Shown piece after piece: positions 36,260 to 43,714 of a stretch of 43,714 bases of DNA (its first letter is position 1; every line of letters begins with the position of its first letter). The notes beneath the pieces were generated by a model. It was not told the DNA's origin. It did no database searches and worked only from the letters and a program-made list of their open reading frames with translations. A program made the position numbers and the translations under genes. Origin of the DNA: a virus (taxonomy: Duplodnaviria > Caudoviricetes); IMG/VR virus record IMGVR_UViG_3300033067_001172, positions 1-43,714 of that record. The stretch is one strand, 5' to 3'.

Positions 36260-36670
36260 ATGTCTACATTCAAAAAAATCATACTCGCTGAACTGAAAGC
36301 CAAAGGCCTAAGTCGGATCGCTTCGAAAATTAAATCGATCCGAAAGGACGTGAATTCGGTACGAGTCCGGACCGTAGACCTATTCAAGCAGGACCGCGAG
36401 TTACTTCAGTCAATACTAGATACTTATACGGCGGGACGCTTTGACGGTATGCAAGACCTATACGTTTATGATCGAACGAAGCCAGAGCGTGAATTTTCGG
36501 TTAAGTATGCGTTCCTTAACAATGAATTTTCTGAGATTGAGAGGGGCAAAATTAAAGACGTCCTGCGCTTGAAGTATGACGTAGTTGACGACACTACAGC
36601 TCAACGAGTCTTCGGCCGTTGGTACGATCAAGTAGTTTGGACTCGACTTTGTGAATTAGGAGAACATTAA
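36260..36670 (+). CDS. LPD29-like domain protein
   Basis: GRFDGMQDLYVY matches the FDGMxDxYxY signature; ATG 36260 with GAGG RBS. Confidence 0.6.
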   Translation: MSTFKKIILAELKAKGLSRIASKIKSIRKDVNSVRVRTVDLFKQDRELLQSILDTYTAGRFDGMQDLYVYDRTKPEREFSVKYAFLNNEFSEIERGKIKDVLRLKYDVVDDTTAQRVFGRWYDQVVWTRLCELGEH

Positions 36671-36671
36671 A

Positions 36672-36908
36672 ATGAAAAACCTAAAACCTTACTGCTGGCA
36701 CACTAACAATACTGAATGCTCAACGTGGTTCGAACGAGACCGCGCGATGGTTCGACTTACCGATACGAGAGGGCAGGAAATTATATGCATGTGGGATGAA
36801 GACGTCGCACAATTCGAGGAAGATGGATTCAAAACTCGACATCAAGACTGGCACGAAGCCCTCGCCGAATATGCAACACTACATAAACTTGTCACAAGGG
36901 ACGAATAG
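36672..36908 (+). CDS. Hypothetical early protein
   Basis: AGGAG RBS; WFERDR motif. Confidence 0.75.
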   Translation: MKNLKPYCWHTNNTECSTWFERDRAMVRLTDTRGQEIICMWDEDVAQFEEDGFKTRHQDWHEALAEYATLHKLVTRDE

Positions 36909-37234
36909 TGAACCATCCAATTTCAGACTCAACACTCAAAATCGAAGACATCCTCGCAACTAAGTACCTCGAAGTCAGCGGCATCGAATACGACACCCAC
37001 GCCACGGCACTGCTTCAGCGCAGCGGCAAGACTCAAGACATTGAGGTCGTCGAGCTCGAGCGCCGCAGCCTGTACGTAGTCGTGCATCGCACGTCCGGCG
37101 GCATTGAGACGATTCCAATCGACCTCGAACACTTCTCGAAGCGCTTGCTCGCTGAGATAGACCGAGCCCTCGAAGTTGAGGCACTACGTCAAGCGAAACT
37201 ATCCGACCGATGGAAAGACATAGACAATGACTAA
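36908..37234 (+). CDS. Hypothetical early protein
   Basis: Coupled to both neighbours. Confidence 0.7.
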   Translation: MNHPISDSTLKIEDILATKYLEVSGIEYDTHATALLQRSGKTQDIEVVELERRSLYVVVHRTSGGIETIPIDLEHFSKRLLAEIDRALEVEALRQAKLSDRWKDIDND

Positions 37235-37559
37235 GCTGGAATTAGGTCACTATCGCATTGAGGTCTCGTACAGTCCTAAGACTCCGACTTGGACCGGGCA
37301 TCCCTGGACTCACCTCAAGTTACATCGGAGCCGAATCGGCGATGCATGGTTTCGTCACCTAGTATGGGGTCGAATCTCGATCCAGGTTGACACTCCGGAC
37401 CTTGATTACGTTTCAGTCTGCGCCGAATGCAACTGCTGCGAGACTCCCGACTGCATAAGTATAGGTGACGAATCTTGGTCAGTATGCGCAGCGTGCGGCA
37501 CTATTGAAGGTCGAACCCGTGAAGTAACTATTAGAGAATACGAGAGGGGTGAAGCATGA
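37227..37559 (+). CDS. Hypothetical protein with Zn-ribbon motif
   Basis: CAEC...CAAC pairs. Confidence 0.7.
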   Translation: MTKLELGHYRIEVSYSPKTPTWTGHPWTHLKLHRSRIGDAWFRHLVWGRISIQVDTPDLDYVSVCAECNCCETPDCISIGDESWSVCAACGTIEGRTREVTIREYERGEA

Positions 37560-37771
37560 GACTCACTTTCGAACTACGGCGAAGCTACGGTGTGGATCGA
37601 TACTACCCGGCGAACGAAGCGAGTCGACTCATCGTTGAGTCACTGCTCAAGCGCAAGTGTCTGGAATCACACGAGCTCGAACTACTCACCTCAGCCGGAG
37701 CGTCGATTGTATTCGACAGACTCGAATTAGAACCTGGCGAGATTCCAGAAAGCTACTCGCGTGTTAAGTAA
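37556..37771 (+). CDS. Hypothetical early protein
   Basis: ATGA overlap; YG..RYYP.NE motif. Confidence 0.7.
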   Translation: MRLTFELRRSYGVDRYYPANEASRLIVESLLKRKCLESHELELLTSAGASIVFDRLELEPGEIPESYSRVK

Positions 37772-37854
37772 ACGTGAGACGAAGAACTGAGACTCGAACT
37801 GAACTGAGAAACTAAACCAAACCGGACCCGAGGTCCGAAACGGAAGGAAGTACT

Positions 37855-38250
37855 GTGAGAGTAAACAAGTTAGCATTAGTCCTGGTCTTAAGCTGCCTCG
37901 CGTATGAAGTAAACGCGAAAGAAACCCCGGCGAAGATCACTGCGGAGCAATCTGAAGCGAAGTTAGCTGAGGCCCTCGACTCAATGACCGAAGCAGAGTC
38001 AGCGGAGTTTCAGGAGAAAGCGGAGAAGCTAATTAAGAAGATGGAGCGGCTACTGGAAGCCCACAATTCCTGTATGGCAGGCGAGGGGCTGGAGTTTCAG
38101 GAGACGAAGCCCGCAGGCTGGAAACTTAAAGCAGGGGACGATTCCTGCTCAAAAAACGCCGAGGCCTGCACTGCGCAGAAAATCGAACGCGCACGTAAAG
38201 AATGCCGGGAACGTCATAAGGACCTAAGGGAGGAATTAAATGGAAAATGA
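37855..38250 (+). CDS. Secreted/periplasmic hypothetical protein
   Basis: Signal peptide MRVNKLALVLVLSCLAYEVNA; four Cys in the mature part. Confidence 0.65.
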   Translation: MRVNKLALVLVLSCLAYEVNAKETPAKITAEQSEAKLAEALDSMTEAESAEFQEKAEKLIKKMERLLEAHNSCMAGEGLEFQETKPAGWKLKAGDDSCSKNAEACTAQKIERARKECRERHKDLREELNGK

Positions 38251-38509
38251 AGCGAAACTCAAACGTGCCCTCAGTCTCCTCGCCGAGATCGAGCTGCGGA
38301 AGAAACTCTACGAAGAGCTCGACGCTCTCGTGCTGGAGCTCCAGTCCGAAGGCTTCACTGCGGGAGTCTGCGAAGGATTCGAACTCGAACTGCGGGATAA
38401 TTTCGCTGACACGAATACTCAATGGCGAATGGCTGCGGTGAAACGATACGAACTCAAGGTGACTGACCCGACGAAGCCGAAGCGCAGCCGCGCCGCAAAG
38501 GGAGCCTAA
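38240..38509 (+). CDS. Hypothetical protein
   Basis: GGAGG RBS; helical N-terminus, basic tail. Confidence 0.75.
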   Translation: MENEAKLKRALSLLAEIELRKKLYEELDALVLELQSEGFTAGVCEGFELELRDNFADTNTQWRMAAVKRYELKVTDPTKPKRSRAAKGA

Positions 38510-38510
38510 C

Positions 38511-38765
38511 GTGAAACCTTGGGAAGTAGAACACTTCAGCGTACTCGTTAGCCTCTGGAACGCCGAAGCGAAACGACTGCGTGGCGAGGCAAAGCTAATC
38601 CGACGAGCTCGAGAACTCTTCGAACTTGAAACTTCCGAATTCGTCTTAGTTTGCCGTAAGGAAGATGCAGCGCACGGATATTCAATTTGCGCAGATATGC
38701 TTCGGCAATCACTGACGAATTGCCTTAAGTTAAATGAGAAAATCTCCGGAGAAACTCCCCCCTGA
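38511..38765 (+). CDS. Hypothetical protein
   Basis: GGGAG RBS, GTG start. Confidence 0.65.
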   Translation: MKPWEVEHFSVLVSLWNAEAKRLRGEAKLIRRARELFELETSEFVLVCRKEDAAHGYSICADMLRQSLTNCLKLNEKISGETPP

Positions 38766-38772
38766 GGACAGA

Positions 38773-38818
38773 AAGTGTAACCTTTTCCTTGACTGAAAGG
38801 TTACACTTCCGTCAGACT
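38773..38818 (+). promoter_or_regulatory. Sigma70-type promoter with -35 box bracketed by an inverted operator pair
   Basis: AAGTGTAACCTTT-TCCTTGACTG-AAAGGTTACACTT (13-bp perfect IR); TTGACT-18 nt-CAGACT. Confidence 0.7.
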
Positions 38819-38858
38819 CAACCCCACTACAACTGCCTCGCGCGCTGGAGAATACAAC

Positions 38859-39215
38859 ATGAGCGACTCGAAATTAAGCCACGAAAAACAATCCCTCGAG
38901 ACTGAATTCGGTCAGAGAGTCTCCGTCAGTCGGGAAACTGAGTCCTCAGAGCGCACCCGAAAAGCCTCGCAGTATTTGCTTGAGGCCGGAACCCTACTCG
39001 ATCCGCTTCCGGAACAGCCAGAAACGCTCGAATTCCTTGGGTCCTGCGCCGTTCACATCTACAAGAGTCCAATGCTCGGGCAGCTCTTCTTCGCAACTCA
39101 GCATCCCCTCGGAAACTGCAAGGAAGACATCGCGGATAAGGCAATCTCCGCGCTGAGGTCTGACGTGCAGGTAGCTTATGGCAGAAAGCGCGTCGTTAAG
39201 CGTTCTGGATTTTAA
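38859..39215 (+). CDS. Hypothetical protein
   Basis: GGAG RBS; ends VKRSGF. Confidence 0.75.
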   Translation: MSDSKLSHEKQSLETEFGQRVSVSRETESSERTRKASQYLLEAGTLLDPLPEQPETLEFLGSCAVHIYKSPMLGQLFFATQHPLGNCKEDIADKAISALRSDVQVAYGRKRVVKRSGF

Positions 39216-39216
39216 G

Positions 39217-39855
39217 ATGAAGCAACGAAGTTTAAGCCTCGAAGGTCAACGTTTCGGAATGCTAATTGCTTTATGTAGGACTGAAAAACGTTCCAATAAT
39301 AACGAAGTTTATTGGCTTTTTAAGTGTGATTGTGGAGTTAAGAAAGAAATGCGCGGAACCTCAGTCAAAACTGGAAGAGTATATAATTGTGGATGTCTAA
39401 CAGGAGCCCACTTAAAAACGCACGGAAAGTCTAAAACCCGTACATATAATGCTTGGGCTTGTATGCGGTCGCGTACGACTAACCCCAAGGTGGAGCAATT
39501 CCACAACTACGGAGGACGTGGAATTAAAGTTTGCGAACGTTGGGATAATTTCTCTAACTTTTTAAAAGACATGGGAGAATGTCCACCAAGATTAAGTCTT
39601 GATCGTATCGACGTTAATGGTAACTACGAACCCTCAAACTGTCGCTGGGCTACATCTAAGCAGCAAGGGCAGAATACTCGCAAAACAATACGCATCGAAA
39701 TTGAAGGTAAATTAATGACAATCAATGAGTTATCTACAAGGACAGGATTTACTGAGCTCTGTATTTATAAACGCTACTTACGCGGCTGGATTGGTACTCA
39801 ATTTTTTAGACCCTTAAGCATGCGCGGTGGCCAGGTCAAGAGGTCAGGTCTGTGA
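39217..39855 (+). CDS. Free-standing HNH-type homing endonuclease
   Basis: GQRFG.L, CDCG...CGC, YGGRGIKVCERW, SLDRIDVNGNYEPSNCRWAT; visibly more AT-rich than flanks; ATG 39217. Confidence 0.9.
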   Translation: MKQRSLSLEGQRFGMLIALCRTEKRSNNNEVYWLFKCDCGVKKEMRGTSVKTGRVYNCGCLTGAHLKTHGKSKTRTYNAWACMRSRTTNPKVEQFHNYGGRGIKVCERWDNFSNFLKDMGECPPRLSLDRIDVNGNYEPSNCRWATSKQQGQNTRKTIRIEIEGKLMTINELSTRTGFTELCIYKRYLRGWIGTQFFRPLSMRGGQVKRSGL

Positions 39856-40136
39856 GTACCTCACGCGGAAAGGTCATTCGAGTCAGTCCCGAAGTTCACG
39901 CAGAACTCAGCAAACGCAGGAGCGAGTTCCGCAGTTGGGACGCAATCGTCCGCTGCCTTCTCGGCATGACCCCCCGCAAGGGGCAGCTTCCAAAACTCCG
40001 CGAAGTGTGGCTCGTACGAGGTTCGCTTCATTATTTCGAGAGGCTCAGTGCTGCGCGCGGCGAAGCAGTAAAGCAGGCTGCACTCGGAGGACTGAAAAAG
40101 CCCGAACCGCCCACTAAGATGCGGGAGGTACTGTGA
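39852..40136 (+). CDS. Putative ribbon-helix-helix DNA-binding protein
   Basis: KVIRVSPEVHAELSKRR...SWDAIVRCLL fits a strand-helix-helix pattern. Confidence 0.6.
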   Translation: MSTSRGKVIRVSPEVHAELSKRRSEFRSWDAIVRCLLGMTPRKGQLPKLREVWLVRGSLHYFERLSAARGEAVKQAALGGLKKPEPPTKMREVL

Positions 40137-40468
40137 CGTACTCAGCAAGAACTTACTATCCGTACCTCAGCCCTAAGCCGTTCAGCGAGTTTGAAGTGCG
40201 TGAGTACAAAACTTACGTTGAGAGCTTACTCGTCGCGAAGCCAGTCACGGAAGTCATTGAGATTACTGCGCGACTGAGTCCGAAGGGCGCATTCGTCCTT
40301 ACGACGAAGCGCAAACCTAAATGGATACTCAGGAGTGAAGTCGAGCGCTTCTCAGCGGAGACGGGTAAGCCAGTCAATGAGGTCTGGAATTACGCACTCA
40401 AGAAGGGCTACTCAATACTCAAACTGCGGAAAGAGTCCGAAACGCTGGCAGGTTCACGTGAAGGTTAA
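40133..40468 (+). CDS. Hypothetical protein
   Basis: GTGA overlap, GGAGG RBS. Confidence 0.7.
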   Translation: MTYSARTYYPYLSPKPFSEFEVREYKTYVESLLVAKPVTEVIEITARLSPKGAFVLTTKRKPKWILRSEVERFSAETGKPVNEVWNYALKKGYSILKLRKESETLAGSREG

Positions 40469-40667
40469 TAATCGCGAATTACTAAAGCGGGCTAAGGCGG
40501 GAGATAAATTCCTCTACGCGCCGAAAACAAAAAAACGCGGCATAGCTCCGACCCCTCAGGCAGTAACGCTGCTTTGTTACTACGAACTAATCGACAGGGC
40601 CAGAGTGCAGAATGACGATGACGGAATAATTACAATAATCGCATCCTCGAGGCTGGAAAAGATTTAG
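40458..40667 (+). CDS. Hypothetical protein
   Basis: GTG 40458 overlapping the upstream stop. Confidence 0.6.
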   Translation: MKVNNRELLKRAKAGDKFLYAPKTKKRGIAPTPQAVTLLCYYELIDRARVQNDDDGIITIIASSRLEKI

Positions 40668-40694
40668 CCCCATGAAATTAAGAGGCAGTAACGT

Positions 40695-40871
40695 ATGAAC
40701 GAAAGTAAAACTCAAACCGAAAAGGTAATCAAACTCATTGAACTGCAAGTATTTGAGATTATACATAAGGTGAAAACTCTTGATTATTTAATTGCGGAAT
40801 TGAAGCTAGCTCGTGAAGTCGAGGAGTTACGTGCTCCAAACAAGAAATTAACCGTCGAAATTCGAAAATAA
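40695..40871 (+). CDS. 58-aa hypothetical protein (below ORF-track cutoff)
   Basis: MNESKTQTEKVIKLIELQVFE...VEIRK; GAGG RBS; fills the gap. Confidence 0.6.
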   Translation: MNESKTQTEKVIKLIELQVFEIIHKVKTLDYLIAELKLAREVEELRAPNKKLTVEIRK

Positions 40872-40884
40872 ATTGGGGTACTGA

Positions 40885-41109
40885 ATGTGCATGGTGGAAT
40901 TGGAAATAACTACTGAATTAGAGAGATCCCTCGCTGCTGAATGCCGCCGCTACCGCGAGGCACTGAAGCGAATCGCAAATATTAACTCGGCGATTCAATT
41001 GCCGTATCGAAACACGAGCTACTCAGACTACGAGCTGCGAGCGATCGCGCGTGAGGCGTTGGTTGCGCCGGTTGGGGTTGAGGCACTTGAATCTTGGCGA
41101 GGTGAGTGA
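40885..41109 (+). CDS. Hypothetical protein
   Basis: REALKRIA...IAREAL helical motif. Confidence 0.65.
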   Translation: MCMVELEITTELERSLAAECRRYREALKRIANINSAIQLPYRNTSYSDYELRAIAREALVAPVGVEALESWRGE

Positions 41110-41315
41110 TGAGTGACAACAAGCCATTCTTTAGGTCGATTGCTAAACGATCAGCCTACGAAATGCTTGAACGACAGTTAAGGGAAGCACAAAAGCGGTT
41201 GATAAAGAACAAGTACGAAATTCACAGTCTAGCTGCACAACAAAATCAGTTAAAGAAAGACGTGGCGGCATTGAATCAATGCATGTGGGAATTTGTGGAG
41301 AAGAAAAAGAAATGA
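41106..41315 (+). CDS. Hypothetical coiled-coil protein
   Basis: Overlapping start/stop; GAGG RBS. Confidence 0.65.
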   Translation: MMSDNKPFFRSIAKRSAYEMLERQLREAQKRLIKNKYEIHSLAAQQNQLKKDVAALNQCMWEFVEKKKK

Positions 41316-41635
41316 CTGAGCAAGAAATGAAGTTTGCCGCGATGGAATATGGGACATCAGTTTTACCTATCGGTGACGTTGACGGAGAAGGGACGTTTGT
41401 TGACGAATACTATCCAAGCCAACTTAGAGATATCGCCGAACTAGGCTTCACCGCAGGCGCCAATTGGATGCGTGAGAAAATGCAGGCAAAGTTAAACATT
41501 GCGACCGAGGCGCTTGAACAAATAGCTCAACCGCACGGCTTTACTAACAATGACTTCCCAGACGATATGCGTGCCTGCATGGAAGAGGATGCTGAATTAT
41601 CTCGCGACGCACTCGAAAGGCTTAACGAGAAATGA
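41312..41635 (+). CDS. Hypothetical protein
   Basis: ATGA overlap at 41312; GF.AGA.W motif. Confidence 0.7.
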   Translation: MTEQEMKFAAMEYGTSVLPIGDVDGEGTFVDEYYPSQLRDIAELGFTAGANWMREKMQAKLNIATEALEQIAQPHGFTNNDFPDDMRACMEEDAELSRDALERLNEK

Positions 41636-41832
41636 GCCACTTCAAACTAATCAAACTCAAGAACGACAACGTAAACAGCATGCTCTTTGACAGCACTCAA
41701 ATCGAGTACGACTTTCACGCAGAAACACTCTCACAGATGCTCGAAGCGTACCGCGACTTCCTGCGTGGCTGCGGGTTTCCAATCGACGGGAATTTAGAAG
41801 TTAGCCCAGATATGAGTGGAGATGAGAAATGA
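41632..41832 (+). CDS. Conserved phage hypothetical protein
   Basis: F.AETL..MLE....FLRGCGF..DG motif. Confidence 0.75.
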   Translation: MSHFKLIKLKNDNVNSMLFDSTQIEYDFHAETLSQMLEAYRDFLRGCGFPIDGNLEVSPDMSGDEK

Positions 41833-41900
41833 CTGATCAAGAAATCGAAACTGCGGCAATGGAATATGCCACTGAGGCTCGCGAGGCAGCAGATCGATGA
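41829..41900 (+). CDS. 23-aa mini-ORF resembling the N-terminus of 41312-41635
   Basis: MTDQEIETAAMEYATEAREAADR; ATGA overlaps at both ends. Confidence 0.55.
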   Translation: MTDQEIETAAMEYATEAREAADR

Positions 41901-42262
41901 AAAAACTAGCGCCAGTTGAATTGGTCATTGAGAAACGTGATTCAGAATTCGTTCCGTATGACATTGTCAGCATGGAAGTCGAAGTAGAGAACGAAGAGAG
42001 CCATTGCGGGATAACCGACGAGCTGCGGCTACTTGAAACTGGCCACATCGGGCTCCCTGATTTTGACTTCCCCTTTGAGGTCGGTGACCGTCTCGCGTTC
42101 AAGGCCGACTTCTATGGCGAGTTTTATTCTTACTGGACAGACTGTGGGACCGAGCACGACGCCAACTTTGAGTTTCGGGACGTAAAGGATTTGCAGGTAT
42201 GGAAATGCGTGTATGACCAAGCTGAGGCTCACGCGGCAACACAGCACGAGGGTGTAGAATGA
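41897..42262 (+). CDS. Acidic hypothetical protein
   Basis: D/E-rich; coupled start. Confidence 0.7.
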   Translation: MKKLAPVELVIEKRDSEFVPYDIVSMEVEVENEESHCGITDELRLLETGHIGLPDFDFPFEVGDRLAFKADFYGEFYSYWTDCGTEHDANFEFRDVKDLQVWKCVYDQAEAHAATQHEGVE

Positions 42263-42336
42263 CCATCTTTACACTAGGCTTCATCGCAGGACTCCTCGCC
42301 TTTTACGCAATCCTGCGTTGGACCTTAGGAGCTTAA
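42259..42336 (+). CDS. 25-aa single-TM peptide
   Basis: MTIFTLGFIAGLLAFYAILRWTLGA; ATGA overlap and GAGG RBS. Confidence 0.55.
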   Translation: MTIFTLGFIAGLLAFYAILRWTLGA

Positions 42337-42338
42337 AA

Positions 42339-42629
42339 ATGTCACTAGAAAAGAAAAGAGGTCCAGGCAGGCTGGGCCGAGCTAACTACAGCAGCTACCT
42401 TGCAGCAGATTCAAGACTCCTTCCGGGCGTTAAATGTCGCTACGTTGTGTTTACGAAACGTAAAGGCGAGACTCCAAGCGGACAATACGAAGTTGAAGCT
42501 GTCATACAGAAACTCCTCGGCGAGAAGAGCGCTCTCGTGCAGTATGTTTGTCCCGTTACCTCAGCGTCAGTCACAAAAAAAACTCTATTAAATAGTTTAA
42601 GTTATCTCAGTACGGAGGGTCTTACGTGA
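42339..42629 (+). CDS. Hypothetical basic protein
   Basis: ATG 42339 with AGGAG RBS. Confidence 0.65.
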   Translation: MSLEKKRGPGRLGRANYSSYLAADSRLLPGVKCRYVVFTKRKGETPSGQYEVEAVIQKLLGEKSALVQYVCPVTSASVTKKTLLNSLSYLSTEGLT

Positions 42630-42853
42630 ATCTTAAGTCATTTTTTCGAAAGTTCGCGCAGAAATTCGCGCAGCTACGAGGCAAGTCAGTCACCTACGAG
42701 TGCGAATGGTGCGTCGGACACGGCGGTTATATGGTTCCGGACCCGGAACTCGTCAATCACGTCGAACTGCGCAACCACGTTCGCGGGAAAATCACACGCG
42801 TTACAGTCGAAATTATTGGAACGAAATTCAATCCAGAAGGGCAGCCACAATGA
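42626..42853 (+). CDS. Hypothetical protein
   Basis: GTGA/ATGA coupling on both sides; GGAGG RBS. Confidence 0.65.
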   Translation: MNLKSFFRKFAQKFAQLRGKSVTYECEWCVGHGGYMVPDPELVNHVELRNHVRGKITRVTVEIIGTKFNPEGQPQ

Positions 42854-43572
42854 AACCGCCAAAGAAACTTAGTTTACTCATAGGGACCCCGATGTTCGGC
42901 GGCCTTGCATATTACCATTACGTCGGCAGTATGATGGACATTACAGGCTACTGCGTTGTTAATGGAATTAAACTTAAGGCGCAATTTATTGCGAATGAGT
43001 CACTAATCGGACGCGCACGGAATCGTATCGCACAAATGTTCCTTCAGTCCGATGCCGATAAACTATTCTTCATTGACGCTGACATTGGCTGGACCGTCCC
43101 AGACTTCGCTCGCATCCTCGAATCGAACAAGCTCGTCATTGGGGGAATTTACCCAGGTAAGGCGTTCCCAATCGAACTCATGGCAAATGCCCTGCCCGAA
43201 CACAACGAGACCTTCGACTTCCGAGTGCGCTCACTCGAGCAACTTCAGGCACTCGATAAGCAGTACGGGAATTCGCGCGGAGAGGTCGAGGTCCGGCACG
43301 TTCCGACGGGATTCCTTATGATCGATCGAAGCGTACTCGAGCGGCTCAAACCTCACGTCCGTACCTACGCGACTCACGCACTCGGAACTAAGGAAGAGGT
43401 CCAGATGTGGGATTTTTTCCCCTCCGGAGCCCTTGAATCCGGAGAGTACGAGAGCGAGGATTGGGCCTTCTGCCGTCTCGTCCGCACTCACCTCGATTGT
43501 CGAGTATGGCTCAACACTCGCACTGTCCTCAGTCACACGGGAACTCACACCTTCAAAGCAGGTCACATATGA
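42850..43572 (+). CDS. GT-A fold glycosyltransferase-like protein
   Basis: IGTPMFGG, ESLIGRARN, LFFIDADIGW (DxD), TGFLMI, SEDWAFC and L.H.G motifs; ATG 42850. Confidence 0.85.
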   Translation: MKPPKKLSLLIGTPMFGGLAYYHYVGSMMDITGYCVVNGIKLKAQFIANESLIGRARNRIAQMFLQSDADKLFFIDADIGWTVPDFARILESNKLVIGGIYPGKAFPIELMANALPEHNETFDFRVRSLEQLQALDKQYGNSRGEVEVRHVPTGFLMIDRSVLERLKPHVRTYATHALGTKEEVQMWDFFPSGALESGEYESEDWAFCRLVRTHLDCRVWLNTRTVLSHTGTHTFKAGHI

Positions 43573-43714
43573 ATATGCCCGATAATTTCAGCTGCCCCGA
43601 TAACATGCGCGAGCACCTTGCGAAAGTATTCTCCGGAGAGTACGACATTCCCCTTGAAGGTGATGGGTACAGGATCATAGACGTCGGTGCAAATTGCGGA
43701 GCCTTCGCAGTCTG
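43038..43714. repeat. Right copy of imperfect terminal repeat (partner 1-677)
   Basis: Same ungapped alignment as 1-677. Confidence 0.95.
43569..43714 (+). CDS. FkbM methyltransferase, 5' part (truncated by window end)
   Basis: MNMPDNFSCPDNMREHLAKVFSGEYD...; matches the ORF at 532 with two E/D changes. Confidence 0.85.
   Translation, partial: MNMPDNFSCPDNMREHLAKVFSGEYDIPLEGDGYRIIDVGANCGAFAV

Noticed and set aside
42700-42849. N-terminal extension of the glycosyltransferase in the ORF track
   Set aside because: Overlaps ORF 42626-42853 in another frame; ATG 42850 gives a standard ATGA coupling and the family-like start.
1-43714. Stop-codon reassignment, introns, inteins or a lysogeny module
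   Set aside because: Core genes are intact and densely packed under the standard code; pol, terL and capsid are uninterrupted; no integrase or att-like arrangement was recognised.

Overview
The window is an essentially complete ~43 kb genome of a lytic, podovirus-type tailed phage. No integrase, CI-type repressor, RNA polymerase, primase or tRNA was recognised. Layout: (i) + strand early region of small ORFs (34761-43714, continuing into 1-1173), ending in a GT-A glycosyltransferase/FkbM methyltransferase pair; (ii) a short - strand phosphoesterase pair; (iii) + strand lysis/accessory-fibre module (2425-7903); (iv) + strand recombination/replication module with Cas4-like nuclease, Sak4-like ATPase, SSB-like protein, UDG-like/family A polymerase fusion and DUF3987-like ATPase (8071-14098); (v) - strand morphogenesis operon from terminase to ejection proteins (33929-14042). 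Positions 1-677 align without gaps to 43038-43714: about 100 mismatches in the first 600 nt, then 77 identical nt. This suggests a 43,037-bp circular or permuted unit plus a second, diverged allele. The most unusual signals are a fibre protein whose 4-Cys modules are nested inside one another, sigma-54-type promoters ahead of the early genes, a dispersed 12-bp operator, an SD-sequestering hairpin on the capsid gene and a fibre-like protein with a signal peptide. A Bdellovibrionota/deltaproteobacteria-like host is only an inference. All family calls are by-eye motif recognition; no database search was run.
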